Assembly: GCA_963745035.1 (NCBI GenBank) | Contig: CAVUVW010000016.1 | Location: forward strand, 86,866 to 110,865 | Reading direction: 5' to 3' | Length of the DNA stretch: 24,000 nucleotides | From: an uncultured delta proteobacterium | GTDB taxonomy: Bacteria > Desulfobacterota > Binatia > UBA9968 | Part shown: positions 23,635-24,000 of the stretch, piece by piece | Layout: the number at the start of each line of letters is the position of its first letter | How positions within the stretch are numbered: the stretch's first letter is position 1 | Notes under the pieces: generated by a model | Database searches by the model: none | The model's input: only the letters and a program-made list of their open reading frames with translations | What the model was told of the DNA's origin: nothing | Translations under genes and position numbers: made by a program

Positions 23635-23811
23635 CGCGATCGTGTTGCTGCGCAAGATATGAGAGCGGGAGCTGGGCGCGCTATTGGACGGCCGGCTGCT
23701 CAAGCAGTGGCGCCGCCCGTCTTCCTTCGAAATGATGGCACAAGCGTAGCCGCAGCCATTCCGCCGGCCTGAGTCCGTCCACCCGGCGGACGTTGTACCT
23801 GAATCCCACGA

Positions 23812-24000
23812 TTATTTACGCACCGTCATCCAATCATCCGGCTTCGCCGTCTTTTTCAGCGATTCGGCGAGCTCTTTGAGGTACTCGTCCTGCTCCTTGG
23901 GCGTGTAGAGAGCCAGAGAACCGTCGGCGTTCTTCGGTATGCCGCCGATAAAGTGAAAGGCGTGGCCGTCCCAATCGTAAAACTCGTCGCCGCGTTGATA
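23812..24000 (-). CDS. 3' end (62 codons) of an unidentified gene entering from the right edge
   Basis: Open minus-strand frame from 24000 to TAA at 23814-23812: YQRGDEFYDWDGHAFHFIGGIPKNADGSLALYTPKEQDEYLKELAESLKKTAKPDDWMTVRK. Codon usage looks coding-like. No family recognised. Confidence 0.5.
   Translation of the reverse strand, partial: YQRGDEFYDWDGHAFHFIGGIPKNADGSLALYTPKEQDEYLKELAESLKKTAKPDDWMTVRK

Noticed and set aside
1-24000. Defence system, toxin-antitoxin, prophage, integron, secondary-metabolite cluster, or tRNA/rRNA/known riboswitch
   Set aside because: No nuclease, ATPase, integrase (other than the IS30 transposase), phage structural, PKS/NRPS or RNA-gene signatures were seen in any frame. 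Intergenic regions are short, or are explained by repeats and promoter spacers.

Overview
GC-rich bacterial chromosomal window with no rRNA, tRNA or CRISPR, dominated by organic-acid uptake and CoA-dependent catabolism genes. Left third: a NUDIX hydrolase; an MmgE/PrpD-family gene divergent from a tripartite tricarboxylate transporter (TTT) unit (TctC-like binding protein, plus a TctA permease with a fused C-terminal TctB-like module); and an SdhA/FrdA-like FAD oxidoreductase. Middle: a ~1.03-kb IS30-family insertion sequence sitting inside a REP-like palindromic repeat (second copy at ~834-995), a second TctC-like gene, a DUF4126 membrane protein, a decayed UBP-type zinc-finger gene, threonine synthase, and cydAB. 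Right ~9 kb: one tightly packed ten-gene minus-strand cluster. It holds three NMT1/SsuA-like and one Fe3+-type periplasmic binding proteins with no ABC permease or ATPase, two family III CoA-transferase paralogues interleaved with two separate hot-dog proteins, an amidohydrolase_2 enzyme and a carboxymuconolactone-decarboxylase-family protein. Most notable: (i) the alternating CoA-transferase/hot-dog cassette, where one transferase appears to lack the catalytic Asp and the two hot-dog proteins carry complementary degenerate hydratase motifs; (ii) five genes interrupted by single-nucleotide lesions, mostly in short homopolymers, where real decay and sequencing error cannot be separated from sequence alone; (iii) the IS30-in-REP insertion, whose empty site can be reconstructed; (iv) the TctA-TctB fusion. 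No transcriptional regulator, defence system or prophage gene was recognised. All family assignments come from motif recognition by eye; no database search was run.
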